Origin: Macrostomum lignano | Taxonomy: Eukaryota | NCBI GenBank assembly: GCA_002269645.1 | Contig: NIVC01002278.1 | Span: 1-64,000, forward strand | Direction: 5' to 3' | DNA: 64,000 nucleotides | In this document: piece by piece, positions 1 to 15,384 of the stretch | How the letters are laid out: every line of letters begins with the position of its first letter | How positions within the stretch are numbered: the first letter of the stretch is position 1 | Notes under the pieces: model-generated | Database searches by the model: none | Told to the model about the DNA's origin: nothing | Seen by the model: the letters and a program-made list of their open reading frames with translations, nothing else | Made by a program: the position numbers and the translations under genes

Positions 1-582
1 GTCGCCTTTTTGCCGTCCGCGCGTGCTGCTTCATCGCCGCCTTGGCGCCAGCGTCGGCTTCTCTCAGCCGCTGCTCGTTGATGCGGACTCGCTGGGACGG
101 CCGGGCGGCGGGGATGATGTCGTTTGGCCGCCGGCCCATCAAGCAGTTCGGCTGGTGCGCGCGCCGTGGCCGTATGCGGCGTGTTCCTGTAGGCCAGCAG
201 CCACTCGTCCAGAGCGGCCCTCCAGTCCCGCCGCTCCTTCGATGGCTGCTCGCACGACTTTGTTGATGGAGCGGTTCAGTCGCTCTGTCATGCCGTTGGC
301 CGCTGGGTAGTAGGGCGTGATGAGGCGGTGCTTGATCCCGTAGCTCGCCAGGAACCGGCCGAACTCCTTGGACGAGAAAGGTGGTCCATTATCTGTCACG
401 AGCTCCTGTGGGATCCCGAAGCGGGCGAACATCTCTCGCAGGCGGGAATCAGTGCCTCGGCCGTCGTCGTCTGCATGAGCTGCACCTCCGGAAACCTTGA
501 GTAGCGGTCCACGCACACCAGCAGCATGTTGTTGTTGATGGGTCCCACGAAATCGGCGCCGATCGACAGCCAGGCGCCCGCG
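1..582 (-). CDS. Integrase catalytic core, split over several frames by small indels
   Basis: AWLSIGADFVGP...VDRYSRFPEV (ORF 396..737), then FGIPQELVTDNGPPF...TPYYPAANGMTERLNRSI (ORF 139..516), then DWRAALDEWLLAYRNTPHTAT in a third frame. Confidence 0.88.
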
Positions 583-1704
583 GGATCGGCGTCGGCTGCA
601 GAGGCGTGGCCCGGACGGCTGGCGTGTGCGACGTGACGGCGCAGCTGCGGCATCGACTGACGAATTCCTCCGCTTGAGTTGCCATCCTCGGCCACCAGAC
701 CTTCGTGCAGAGTCTGGCGATCGTCTTCTGCGAGCACTGGTGTCCTTGATGCGCTAATTCGAGCATCTGCTGCCGCAGATCAGCTGGCACGACGATTCGG
801 TGGTGTCGAAGGAGGACCCCGTCAACCGCAGACAGCTCCTCTCGCAGCGCGTGGAGCGAGCGCATCTCGGGGTTGGAGCGATCCCACCGACCGCCTTGCG
901 TCGCCGCTATCGCCGCCCGGATGACTGGGCTGGCAGAGCTCTTGCGTATGTCTTGGAGTGTCAGCGCCATCGGCACAGCCGCCTGCGCCACCTCGTTGAT
1001 GTAGGCCTCCCTCCGCTGCTCGCCAAAACTTCCGTCGTGCTCGCTTAGGGGCTGCCTGCTGAGTACATCTGCAGCATTGGAGGCTCCCGGCTGGTACTCG
1101 ACCTTGAACACTAGGTGCTGGATCCTGAGCGCCATTCGCTCGACTCGTGGAGGCGGCCGCGACCCAGGCGCGAACATGGCCGTCAGCGGCTTGTGATCAG
1201 AGACCACTGTGAACTGGGGCGATCCATGCAGGTAGTACTCAAACTTCAGGCAGCCGAACTTCACGGCGAGTGCCTCTTTCTCGGTCTGCGAATATCGCCG
1301 CTCGACATCGGAGAGGGTCCGGCTGGCGTATGCGACCGGCCTCGAGCTGCCGTCGCGCTGCACCTGCGCCAGGATGGCGCCCAGTCCGGTCGGCCCCGCG
1401 TCCACAATCAGCTGCGTGTGTAGCCGCTTGTCGTAAAAAGCCAGCGTTGTCGGCTCCGCGATGCTGCGCTTCAGCTGCTCAAAGGCGCTGGCCTGGTCGG
1501 CGCCCCATTGCCAGTCGACGGTCTTCCTGGTCAGGCGCCGCAGCGGCTCCGCCACCTTGGCCAGCTGTGGCGTGAACACGGCGAGGTAGTTCACGAGGCC
1601 CAGGAATGAGCGAAGCTGCCCAATCGACTCGGGCTCCTTGAAGTCTTGAACGGCGGCGACCTTGCTCTCCGTGGCCTGGACCCCTTCCGCCGTGAGCCGC
1701 ATTC
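583..1704 (-). CDS. RT C-terminus, RNase H and integrase zinc finger of the same polyprotein
   Basis: ORF 449..2194 frame: LRSFLGLVNY, LIVDAGPTGLGAIL, AYASRTLSDVERRYSQTEKEALAV, VVSDHKPL, NAADVLSR, LAHQGHQ...KVWWP...CRSC. Confidence 0.92.
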
Positions 1705-3675
1705 CATGAACTCGATGCTGCTGCGCGCCAGTCGGCATTTCCGAGCGTTCAGCGTGATGCCATGCTGCGCCAGGCGGGCCAGACATGCCTCGAGGCTGCT
1801 GTTGTGCTCCGCCATCGTGCGGCCGAACACGACCACGTCGTCGTGGATCCATTTGACGTTGGGCAGGCCTGCCAGCACTCGACTCATCACATTCTGCAGG
1901 ATCTCCTGGGAGGTGGACAGGCCCATGCACAGCCGGGTGAGACGGCGAAGCCCGCGAGGCGTCGAGAATGTTAGCAGGTTGCGGCATTTCTCGGCGACAG
2001 GCACCTGGTAGAACGCCTTCGCGATGTCCAGCTCTGAGAACACTGTGCTGCCGGCCATGTCCCCGGTCACCTCCTCGAAAGTCGGAATCTGGTGTCGCTC
2101 GCGGATGACAAAGCGGTTGACATCGCGGAGGTCCTGCGTGATGCGCACCTCGCCCGGCTCCTTCTTGGGCACGACGACCATCCGCGCGACCCACGGCGCC
2201 GGGCCGTCGACGGGCTCAATGATCCCGAGCTGCTCTAACAACTGCAGTTCCTTGTCCACCGCGTCTGCCAGGTGGATCGGCACCTTCGAAGGCGCATGGC
2301 AGACCGGGCGGGCGCTGTCGGTGAGGTGGATGTCGGCAGGCGGCCCGGTGAAGCAGCCGATTCCGCTGAACACGCTGGCGTGCTTGCGCAGCACCCTGCC
2401 GATGTCCTCGACGTGTCCTTGAGGCACTCCGCTGGATCTCGTGCCGCTGAGAAGGCCATCGACCGCCGCCTCCGCTTCAGCGACCTGCAGCACCCGCTGT
2501 CCGGCTGTCGGTGGTGGCCCGACCCGCAGGATGTCCATCTGAGTGGCCGTCTGCCTGCCGATGATGGTGATGCCTCTCCCTTCGACGACGTGGAACGTGG
2601 CGACTGCCTGCCGGCCGAAAATGCGGACGTCCATCGCCGCCTTGCCCAGCAGCTGCATCGGCCTGTCCGACCCGTACGCGAACAGCCTGTCCGAGGTGGT
2701 CTGCAGGTGCGGCCGCTGTCTCAGGCTCTCGAACGTGGCCCGGTTGATCACATTTCGAGCCGCACCGCTGTCAATCAACACCGACAGTCTGGAGCCGTTG
2801 ATCTCGGCTATTGTGTGGGCCGACTGCTCACCCTGATCGACCTCGAACACGCCGGAGTCCGGGTGGTCCACCTTCTGGTAGCTGGTCTCGCCTTGCAGCG
2901 TTGCGACGGCGTCGGCGCCGCTCTGCGGGGCGCCCTGCTTGGACCTGCAGGCTCGCGCGAAGTGGCCCGGCTTCCCGCACTTTCTGCAGCTCTTGCCCTG
3001 CGCTGCGGTGCACGTGGGGTGCCCTGGCCTGCCGCAGCGATCGCACGATACGTGCTGCGTTGGTGTCTGCGGCATCTGTGGCTTCTGGTCTCTTCTGACT
3101 GCTGCGAGCTGCTGCGGTTCCCCTGGTCTGTCGCTCTCCATCACGGTGGCCTGCTGCTCCGCGGCTTCTTTCGCCCTCGCCTTTTTGAGCACATCTGCCA
3201 GGGAGATATTGTTGGTCTGCAAGAAGTCTCTCCTGAGTCTCTCAGATTCGCAGTAGGCGACGATTTTGTCACGGATCAGCGAGTCTCTGAGGGTCCCGAA
3301 CTCACACGGCTCCGCCGCCTTGCGCAGACGCTGATACCACTGGTCGATCTGCTCGCCAGGCTGCTGTCTGCAGGTCTCAAACTTGAAACGCAGGAACACA
3401 ATGTTATTCTTCCCGTCCCAGAACGTCTGGATGTTTTTCGCGAGGCTGCTGTAGTCCTCTCCAGAGGCGATCTCGTTCTCTTCGACTACAGCCTGCAGCT
3501 CCTCTCCTGCGGCGTACAGCAGCAGCTGCTGCCCTCGAGTCTTGTCGGTGATTCCAGCTGCATTGATGTACGTGGCGAAGCGACGAGTCCATGCAGTCCA
3601 GCGCTGTGCTGTGGAGTGGCAGTCGCTATCGATTGTAAACGGCCCGGGTGGCGCGAGTGAAATTTGCTGAGTCAT
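1705..3675 (-). CDS. Gag-protease-reverse transcriptase part of retrotransposon polyprotein
   Basis: ORF 1591..3675: knuckles CDRCGRPGHPTC and CRKCGKPGHFARAC, protease LIDSGA, RT motifs PWVARMVVVPKKEPGEVRITQDLRDVN, FSELDIAKAFYQV and WIHDD. The true frame leaves this ORF at about 1705 (1-bp indel). Confidence 0.92.
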
Positions 3676-3688
3676 GATTTTTAAAGGT

Positions 3689-3706
3689 TCAGTTCTTGCG
3701 ACGCCA
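3689..3706 (-). promoter_or_regulatory. Primer-binding site of the Mag-like element (cognate tRNA not identified)
   Basis: TGGCGTCGCAAGAACTG begins 1 nt after the LTR-terminal CA and lies just upstream of the gag ATG at 3675. Confidence 0.65.
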
Positions 3707-3707
3707 T

Positions 3708-3880
3708 TGTAGTAACTTAGTCAGAGGCCGTGTTTGCTGTGTAGCCAAACTCTTACAAATCTTGCCGCGCTGGGCACGAGTCTATATATTATGGAGTTAG
3801 AATTGGGGTGGCGGCACCCACCCCACTCCGCAGCCAATCAGACTGCCCGGGCGTACCATACTGTGCGTACGCACACTACA
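3708..3880 (-). mobile_element. 5' LTR (173 bp) of the Mag-like element
   Basis: Ends are the inverted pair TGTAGT/ACTACA (TG...CA); contains a TATATA tract (3783-3788) and a CCAAT motif; directly followed on the minus strand by a TGG-starting PBS. The second LTR is outside the window, so it cannot be compared. Confidence 0.8.
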
Positions 3881-3896
3881 AGGCGGACATAAATAT

Positions 3897-5710
3897 AGAC
3901 ACTAAGACATACACTAAGGCAGATACTGAGACAGACACTGAGGCAGACACTGAGACAGACACTAGGACAGACACCAGTACAGACACTAAGACAGACACTA
4001 GGACAGACACGAGGACAGACACTAGGACAAACACTAGGACAGACACGAGGACAGACACTAGGACAGACACTAGGACAGACACGAGGACAGACACTAGGAC
4101 AGACACTAGGACAGACACTAGGACAGACACTAGGACAGACACTAGGACAGACACTAGGACAGACACTAGGACAGACACTAGGACAAACACTAGGACAGAC
4201 ACTAGGACAGACACTAGGACAGACACGAGGACAGACACTAGGACAGACACTAGGACAGACACTAGGACAAACACTAGGACAGACACTAGGACAAACACTA
4301 AGGCAGATACTGAGACAGACACTGAGGCAGACACTGAGACAGACACTAGGACAGACACCAGTACAGACACTAAGACAGACACTAGGACAGACACGAGGAC
4401 AGACACTAGGACAAACACTAGGACAGACACGAGGACAGACACTAGGACAGACACTAGGACAGACACGAGGACAGACACTAGGACAGACACGAGGACAGAC
4501 ACTAGGACAGACACTAAGACATACACTAAGGCAGATACTGAGACAGACACTGAGGCAGACACTGAGACAGACACTAGGACAAACACCAGTACAGACACTA
4601 AGACAGACACTAGGACAGACACGAGGACAGACACTAGGACAAACACTAGGACAGACACGAGGACAGACACTAGGACAGACACTAGGACAGACACGAGGAC
4701 AGACACTAGGACAGACACTAGGACAGACACTAGGACAGACACTAGGACAAACACTAGGACAGACACTAGGACAGACACTAGGACAGACACTAGGACAAAC
4801 ACTAGGACAGACACTAGGACAGACACTAGGACAGACACGAGGACAGACACTAGGACAGACACTAGGACAGACACGAGGACAAACACTAGGACAGACACGA
4901 GGACAGACACTAGGACAGACACTAGGACAGACACGAGGACAGACACTAGGACAGACACTAGGACAGACACTAGGACAGACACGAGGACAGACACTAGGAC
5001 AGACACTAGGACAGACACTAGGACAGACACTAGGACAGACACGAGGACAGACACTAGGACAGACACGAGGACAGACACTAGGACAGACACTAGGACAGAC
5101 ACTAGGACAGACACTAGGACAGACACGAGGACAGACACTAGGACAGACACGAGGACAGACACTAGGACAGACACTAGGACAGACACTAGGACAGACACTA
5201 GGACAGACACTAGGACAGACACTAGGACAGACACTAGGACAGACACTAGGACAGACACTAGGACAGACACGAGGACAGACACTAGGACAGACACGAGGAC
5301 AGACACTAGGACAGACACTAGGACAGACACTAGGACAGACACTAGGACAGACACTAGGACAGACACTAGGACAGACACTAGGACAGACACTAGGACAGAC
5401 ACTAGGACAGACACTAGGACAGACACTAGGACAGACACTAGGACAGACACGAGGACAGACACTAGGACAGACACTAGGACAGACACTAGGACAGACACTA
5501 GGACAGACACTAGGACAGACACTAGGACAGACACTAGGACAGACACTAGGACAGACACTAGGACAGACACTAGGACAGACACTAGGACAGACACTAGGAC
5601 AGACACTAGGACAGACACTAGGACAGACACTAGGACAGACACTAGGACAGACACTAGGACAGACACTAGGACAGACACTAGGACAGACACTAGGACAGAC
5701 AGTAGGACAG
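3897..5710 (+). repeat. 12-bp minisatellite (ACAGACACTAGG)n, about 150 copies
   Basis: Read directly; variants ACAGACACGAGG and ACAAACACTAGG; the left third is more divergent, the right end homogeneous. Confidence 0.98.
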
Positions 5711-6409
5711 TGCAGTGAGTTGAGCATGCTTCTACTTTAATTGTCCATGCTAAAGCAGGTACACTTAACAACGGTTAAGTCTAATTAGTTTTGCTTTCGT
5801 TCGTATATTGAATACATTTACTACTGGCGAGGCACTCCTGAGTAGTAAATGTGGCATTTGAGAGCTGTTTTAATGCAAAGTTAAGCCCCATCATTAGAGG
5901 TCGATTGGTCTCTAAGCATTTTCAATTTGTAGGGTAAGTGCACCCGGCAACACAGGAAATGTTCAATGATAGCAATCCTAATCAAAGCAAATACAAATAA
6001 TGCGATCCGACTTGGAACTGCATGATCAAGCCACCCGCCCACCGCGCTGCGGGATGTCGCGCGCTGGAAATGGGAAGATGAAGAGCGGAGAGGTAGGGAG
6101 CGGAGATGTTGCGGATCAGATCGACTCGGGCGCAATTATTGCGGCAGTGCTCTTTGGAGCCGCCTTCCTTGAGGGGAAATGCGAGAACATTGCAGCCCCT
6201 CACAGCAACAGAGGCGAGCCAGCTAGCGCTTTTTACCCGCAGCGGCCTGTGTTGGCGAGGGCGTCCATTTTAGACTGTTGCATCATTTCATTTAGCGGGG
6301 AGCTGTCGCGTTGAAGAATGGCAGTGAAAGTTTTGAAATTAATTTGTGCTTGTTGCGAAAACAGATAATTTAAGAGACTAAGTATAGAAGCGGACTGGTA
6401 GTATCTAAA

Positions 6410-8606
<2,197 letters not shown>

Positions 8607-9215
8607 ATCAGACAACCACTATTATGACAGCGATGGCAAACAGTCCCAGTAGAAGCCCTTCCCAAAGCACCGCAGGCGGTTTTCCAGCCACCCCCCCCCC
8701 GCAGCGCCGAGTTCTCCAAGACCCGCCTTGAGTATAGCACATTGAGGCTATACTCAAGACAGATCGGGGAAAATCGGACAAGTTGAAAGTCACGCGCCCG
8801 GAACAAACGCAGGAGATCTCATCAGCTTTGTCAGCAATTGTCGGCAGTTGTTCCGCATCGGTTGAGTCCGAGCGAGTCGCTCCTGCTGCTCGACCCTCCA
8901 ACTCGCAGACTTCGGAGATGTTTAGGGGGTTGCGGCAATCATTAAATAAAATATAATTTCGAGCCCAACGAAGCGAAGATCCCATTGTGCCGCGCATGGC
9001 TCGGAGGAGGCCGCCCGCTGAGAGCCAGAATCGTCTCTAATGTTCAAACAATGATTTTTTCCAAACAAAAGCTTCACCAATATAGTGATTTAGAATAGGA
9101 TTTTAAGAGTCGATTGGCACTCTGCCTTTCATACTAGATTCATACTAAACTGCAAGACTTGAATTTTGTGTGAAATCTGTGTGAACCCTGGCGCACATTG
9201 CTGCCCATTCCTCCG

Positions 9216-9480
9216 ACTCCCCTGAGCAGCGCACACAAGCTCGCGGATGCGTACGCAGTCATACGCACAGGCACACACTCACACAGGAGTGTACAGCGGC
9301 CCTAACTTTATTTATCGTTAAGCATGTACACTTCACTGTGCCTTGGGGGTTGGACTTCAAGACCGTTAATTGCACAAGCAGAGCCAAGCCGAGATTCCAA
9401 TTTAGCTCTAAATCAATATGACTGCACTGGGAATCGAGCCTGGGCCTCTGGTACATCAGAGCGCCGCGCAGAGCCCCTCC
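9216..9480 (-). mobile_element. tRNA-derived SINE, copy 1
   Basis: About 260 bp similar to 12652-12905; minus strand has a B-box-like GGCTCGATTCCC preceded by GCGCTCTGA...GAGGCCCA. Confidence 0.75.
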
Positions 9481-10567
9481 CCCCAGGTTGACGCACTCAG
9501 ACAGTTCAGCTGTGTACTAACCGCGATCAATTCGGCTTAACCTGCCTGAATTCAATTTGTAATCAATGTTATAAAAAATGACACTGTTTTCATTTCGCAC
9601 CTACTAATGCTTATTCCCTGCACATGGTTGCCATTGCAGATCGGTGGTCGCCTTTCCATTTAGCTGTTTCGATAATTGGTTGAGTAAATCGGCCAACTCA
9701 AAAAAGCCACTGTCGCTTTTCGACTATACAAAAGACACCTCTTTTGCAAGCCCCGCAGGCGAAATAATGGAAGTGACGATGAAATTGAAGCCCGTGAAAG
9801 CGCCTCCGGGTTGGAGGAGGACGGCGCTTGTCAATTGAATTCGAGAAACTGGATTCTTGGGGAGAGAGAGAGAGCGGACGCGTGTCCTGGAGGTCCTGGA
9901 GACCAATAAGTGAAGCCAAATTATTTTGCAATTCTAAACCAGCTTCCGAAAAAATTCTTCATCGCAATGAGGAACCAACGCCAGTCTCAATTGGCAATTG
10001 CCAATACAGAAAAAATGTAATCGTTGCTTAACAGTAAGAGTTGCCGCAATGAAACACTCATCTAATGGGTTTAAGCAAGAGGGTTGGCCACAATACAAAC
10101 AGAAGACACAACTTGAGCGAGCACACGAACTAAACTGGGGTTTGTGTGCAGATCGCTGGCCAACCCTTTCTACTGTTTCCCACAGTTGAAATTGTGCAGT
10201 TCAGCATTACAGATCTGCAGCCCTGACTAGAGATACAGCAGCAGTGTCTGTATTATTTTATTCAGCTGTTTGCCCCACCGTGCAGTCTCTGTGAGCAGCA
10301 TAGAAGTTTTGACAGGCTGCATCAAGCCCACCTGTCAGCTAATTAAAGTTGCGGGCCTTCAAGTTGGCTGCGACGCCAAGGTGTTCTGAAATCTGCTATC
10401 TGGCTTTGACAACTGCTGTTCTGTTACAAATTCATCTTGAAAAATTGAATAAGATAACTGATCAACTGCTAATAGTAATAATTTTATGCATTAGGGCGGC
10501 AATACTAGAGTGAGATCTCAGCCAGCATTTTCTATTTGGGAGGCTGCATCTTTGTGAGGCACAAGAG

Positions 10568-11407
10568 ATGGGCGCCAGCACCAAGGGGCGCCAGCACCAA
10601 GGGGCGCCAGCACCAAGGGGCGCCAGCACCAAGGGGCGCCAGCACCAAGGGGCGCCAGCACCAAGGGGCGCCAGCACCAAGGGGCGCCAGCACCAAGGGG
10701 CGCCAGCACCAAGGGGCGCCAGCACCAAGGGGCGCCAGCACCAAGGGCGCCAGCACCAAGGGGCGCCAGCACCAAGGGGCGCCAGCACCAAGGGGCGCCA
10801 GCACCAAGGGGCGCCAGCACCAAGGGGCGCCAGCACCAAGGGGCGCCAGCACCAAGGGGCGCCAGCACCAAGGGGCGCCAGCACCAAGGGGCGCCAGCAC
10901 CAAGGGGCGCCAGCACCAAGGGGCGCCAGCACCAAGGGGCGCCAGCACCAAGGGGCGCCAGCACCAAGGGGCGCCAGCACCAAGGGGCGCCAGCACCAAG
11001 GGGCGCCAGCACCAAGGGGCGCCAGCACCAAGGGGCGCCAGCACCAAGGGGCGCCAGCACCAAGGGGCGCCAGCACCAAGGGGCGCCAGCACCAAGGGGC
11101 GCCAGCACCAAGGGGCGCCAGCACCAAGGGGCGCCAGCACCAAGGGGCGCCAGCACCAAGGGGCGCCAGCACCAAGGGGCGCCAGCACCAAGGGGCGCCA
11201 GCACCAAGGGGCGCCAGCACCAAGGGGCGCCAGCACCAAGGGGCGCCAGCACCAAGGGGCGCCAGCACCAAGGGGCGCCAGCACCAAGGGGCGCCAGCAC
11301 CAAGGGGCGCCAGCACCAAGGGGCGCCAGCACCAAGGGGCGCCAGCACCAAGGGGCGCCAGCACCAAGGGGCGCCAGCACCAAGGGGCGCCAGCACCAAA
11401 GGGGCGC
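10568..11407 (+). repeat. 16-bp minisatellite (GGGGCGCCAGCACCAA)n, about 52 copies
   Basis: Read directly; near-perfect, with one 15-bp unit near 10741. Confidence 0.98.
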
Positions 11408-12097
11408 CATAATTTTTGCCACTATATAGAGGACCACAGCCCTCTGGCGCCCCTGACGTCGCAATGACTCGGCCCTGTGAGCTAAAACTCCAGTTCATAG
11501 CTCCCGAAGTCCATGACCAGCATTGAAGCCTGCAGCTGCTCTGCGCCGCCCAAGTATTTTCTTCTCTTATTTTTGCTGTCGCATGGCTGCAATCTTATAA
11601 CACAAACATTCTATTCAATGCTTATACCCTCTTGAGTTTCTATGATTTCGACACCCCAGCCCCCTCCGAGTTGTGTCAACATTGGCGCTTCGGTGGCCGC
11701 GCGGATAAAAACCCGGTATTTTTGTTTAAATTATCTAACTACTCAAGTCAGCCCACCCCCACTAAACCTCGGCTCCTTTTGTTGGCCAGAGCACAGTTGT
11801 AGTTGGCAATATACGAGGACCGAGAATGGATACAGAACACAATGAGAACTCAAGCCTGATATCGGGGCTCGAGTGCGGGTTGCTGGCTAGAGTGTGTTTA
11901 CACAATCCAAAGAGGCGATGTTTACAATCAGCTACCCTACAGCAGGTAGCCATCAACGGCTTGGGCCAAACAGGGGGAGAGAGCGGGGCGGAGAGTGGCC
12001 GAATAATAGGGGGGGGGTGGTTAGGGGCCCGAAGACCCTCCTCCCAAACAGCTGATTGGTCAAGCCCTTTTGATGTCAAACTTAGAAATCGAATGCA

Positions 12098-12133
12098 TAT
12101 AAATATGTAAAACACTCATCTATAGAATCAATT
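12098..12133 (+). promoter_or_regulatory. Putative foxG core promoter (TATA box plus initiator-like motif)
   Basis: TATAAAT at 12098-12104 and TCAATT at 12128-12133, 30 bp apart and about 55 bp upstream of the ATG. Confidence 0.5.
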
Positions 12134-12173
12134 GAGAAGCATTCTGACAAGACCACCAAGCAATCTCTGGTGA

Positions 12174-12539
<366 letters not shown>

Positions 12540-12651
12540 TAAATGGGTTCATTCAGTTTCAACTTTAGCCAATCTACTAGCATTCAACATTTTCGGTTTA
12601 TTTAGGATGGTCATAATTCATAATTGGTCACAACAACCGGCTAGAGGCATT

Positions 12652-12905
12652 ACTCCCCTGAGCAGGCACACAGTCATATTCACAGGCACACACACAGGAG
12701 TGCACAGCGGCCCTAACTTTATTTATCGTCAGACATGTACACTCGATCCTCTGTGCTTGGGGGTTGGCCCTCAAGGCCGTTAATTGCATGAGCAGAGCCA
12801 AGCCGAGATGCCAATTTAGACCCAGATGAATGCGACTGCACTTGGAATTGAGCCTGGGCCGCTGGAACATGAGAGCGCGGCGCCAGACCACTGGGGCTAC
12901 TAGTC
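12652..12905 (-). mobile_element. tRNA-derived SINE, copy 2, inside the foxG intron
   Basis: Minus strand TAGCCCCAGTGG (A-box-like)...GCGCTCTCA...GCGGCCCAGGCTCAATTCC (B-box-like), resembling tRNA-Glu(CTC); body shared with 9216-9480. Confidence 0.78.
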
Positions 12906-13039
12906 TATAGTTAGAAGTGCGCAAGTATTTCTGTCGCATGGGAGTCTGGTTGATCGTCTTGGACGTCCAAGCGTTCATGTCCTTGATGACTGTCATTTCG
13001 AATGAGACATTCTCTGCCTCCCCACTGTCGATCCCGCAG

Positions 13040-13345
13040 GTGCCCAGAGCCTACGACGACCCCGGCAAAGGCAACTATTGGATGCTGGACCCGTCGTGCG
13101 AGGACGTCTACATCGGCGGCACCACGGGAAAGCTGCGTCGAAGAACAAGCGGCGCCAGTCATCGGGCTCGGGCTGGCTGCGGTGCTTTTGCCCAGATTCC
13201 AGCTCAGCTTCATCAACTGCATCAGCAGTATCATGATCATCAGCAGCAGCAGCACCTGCAGCACCTGCTACTGCCGACCCAGCGCTGCCGTTGCTTCCAC
13301 AGCTTCCACAGCTTCCACAGCTTCATCAGCATCAGTTCCCTTTGA
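13040..13345 (+). CDS. foxG: Forkhead box G transcription factor, exon 2 (probably extends to 13518 after a 1-bp correction)
   Basis: Acceptor cccgcag|GTG; [35 protein letters not shown] is the FoxG-specific end of the domain; stop at 13345 as the sequence is written. Confidence 0.94.
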   Translation: MPRAYDDPGKGNYWMLDPSCEDVYIGGTTGKLRRRTSGASHRARAGCGAFAQIPAQLHQLHQQYHDHQQQQHLQHLLLPTQRCRCFHSFHSFHSFISISSL

Positions 13346-13458
13346 TTCCGTACCTGCAGCCACAGCAGCCGCCGACATCCGGCCTTCCGTACTCTGATGA
13401 GAGTCGAACCGATGTAGCGGCAGCAGCCGCGGCTTGGTCTGCATTTTTGAAGCTGCCT

Positions 13459-13497
<39 letters not shown>

Positions 13498-14729
13498 CAA
13501 AGCCTTTCAGACAGATGACATGTGTCCCCAGTGTCTCAGAGGTTAAACTCCCCAAATTCCTGTCAATCTGCTTGTGTTTTTGTACTATTGGTGATCCTCT
13601 TTGAGCTTTCTAGAAAAGTGGCAGTGCACGACCGAGGCAGATGAATCTTTATTTGCCTGACTTGCGTGAATAAGAATTGCACCTTGATTAACCTTTAATC
13701 CGACTCGTAAAACTTTTTAACCAGCAGCTTTGCTCAAATATACTTCATACGTAGCAGTGGGTTGATCTTATTATACGAGACCTTTGTAGCCCATTTGAGC
13801 TTACGCACATTGAGTTTAATCCAAGATACATTTGCCAAAGGGATGGAGCTTTTGTCTATGGTAGCAAGTGTAGCACTCGACAAGGTGAACACCTCAAGGA
13901 CATTGCAAGGTTGCTTAATGTCAAAGAAAAGACCACTTACAGCATCTTCTGTACAGAGATCGTCTGCAAATGGGTGGCAAGGCGTCAAGGTTTGATGACT
14001 TGCAATGTCCTGCAGAACCAAGGTGTGCTGGAGGCTACAAAACTACCTGCAAAAAGCATAGCACTGAATAGGGTTTTGCCTATAGACTACGAAACTATGG
14101 CGAAATTGGTGGCTAACCGCGACTAACTTTCTTTCTGCTTAACTTTCGGTGTGTTTTTTAAATGATATGTTCGCTAATCTTGAAGACAGTCAAGCAGGTT
14201 TCTACCATCAGTGCTCTTCTCATGTCTATGGTAGAAACTCCAGACCGGAACGAGTCTGCCCGCTGGCTGAAGAAACCTGATCTGCTGGCACGCGCCAATG
14301 CAGCTCATGGTGGTCCCCCTGTCACCCACGCATATCGAGTGTTCACTGATAATAACACGGTGTCTCGGCTAATTTTAACACAGCCCCACTGATGCCCAGT
14401 TAACATAATAGACGCAACTGTCTATCCAGTGAATTGGCCTGAGGGAATATCTGCCGAATAAGTAAACCCAAATCTGTAATTTTGTAATCTCCTTGACTTC
14501 CTGCCAAATTGTGTCGCCTTTATTCTCTGCAAATATAAAATTATATTTCGATGCCTTAAATAAAAAAATCGCGAATCATGCTACTTAACTCCATTTATAA
14601 GTAGGTAGAAACGCGATTGAGACAAATACGAGCGTAGTTTCTAAGAAAAAGCTAAAAGTATTCACACATTGCTTTATAGAACTCCCGTAGCTTTCACCAC
14701 ATTATTACGGCTTTCTACAGACATTTTAC

Positions 14730-14925
14730 TCATTCAATCACTTTCTCATTCACTCACTCTCTCACTTCCTTCATTCACTCACTCATTCAACCACTAATTC
14801 ATTCATTCACTCTCTCCTTCACTCACTCTCTCTTTCACTTTCACTCACTCTCCTTAATTCACTTTTTTCAATCAGCTCTTTACAAACGAATCCCTCACTA
14901 CACTCATTGAATTTAAATTCTCCCC
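14730..14925 (+). repeat. Degenerate TCAC/TCAT low-complexity tract
   Basis: Read directly; imperfect. Confidence 0.7.
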
Positions 14926-15384
14926 ACCCCACTCCAATATTCTTGCACCGAATATCGTACCGGTTTAGTTCAGATGGCCGCACTCAGGGAGGCTTTGCAT
15001 TTTTGCATTTTGAGCAGTGGGCTATGAGCAAAGTGTTGACAAAAGCTGCAGTCCGCCTACAGCTGTCTGCAAAAAGTGGGGTGGAGGGGGATGTTTGGGA
15101 AGTCGCTGCTACTACAAGTTCTGTTTCTGGGCCTCCTTGACTGGACCCGTTCCCAGTTCCACATGCTGCCGCCCGCGGGATCACGCTCCAACTGCATGAT
15201 TGACAGGGCGAAGCGGTGCTTTTGCTAAGGAATCTTGAAAACAGGACCGCATGAACTTTGCCACCTTGAAGATGACTAGTTGTCTTTGCCATACAGCACC
15301 TTCTCGTAACAACAAATACATAAAATTCAACTTATTAGCTTGCTCACTTGGGGCCGCCAATATTAGGGGTTCCAATATTTGGTG

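Larger units (their letters stand above)
1..3880 (-). mobile_element. Ty3/Gypsy LTR retrotransposon, Mag-like; 5' LTR to integrase, 3' end outside window
   Basis: Order LTR-PBS-gag(2 CCHC-type knuckles)-protease-RT-RNaseH-integrase on the minus strand; gag and pol are in one ORF; short LTR bounded by TGTAGT...ACTACA. Confidence 0.93.

Noticed and set aside
3808-5771. 600+ aa ORFs (TRTD)n, (CPSV)n, (VSVL)n
   Set aside because: Stop-free frames of a 12-bp tandem repeat; no splice or start context suggesting a real gene.
10462-11498. Five overlapping ORFs of about 300 aa
   Set aside because: The 16-bp unit has no stop in most frames; artefact.
13720-14400. Possible hAT transposase remnant (PLTASSVQRSS resembles the dimerisation motif)
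   Set aside because: Only a short, weak resemblance; no other motifs or termini seen.
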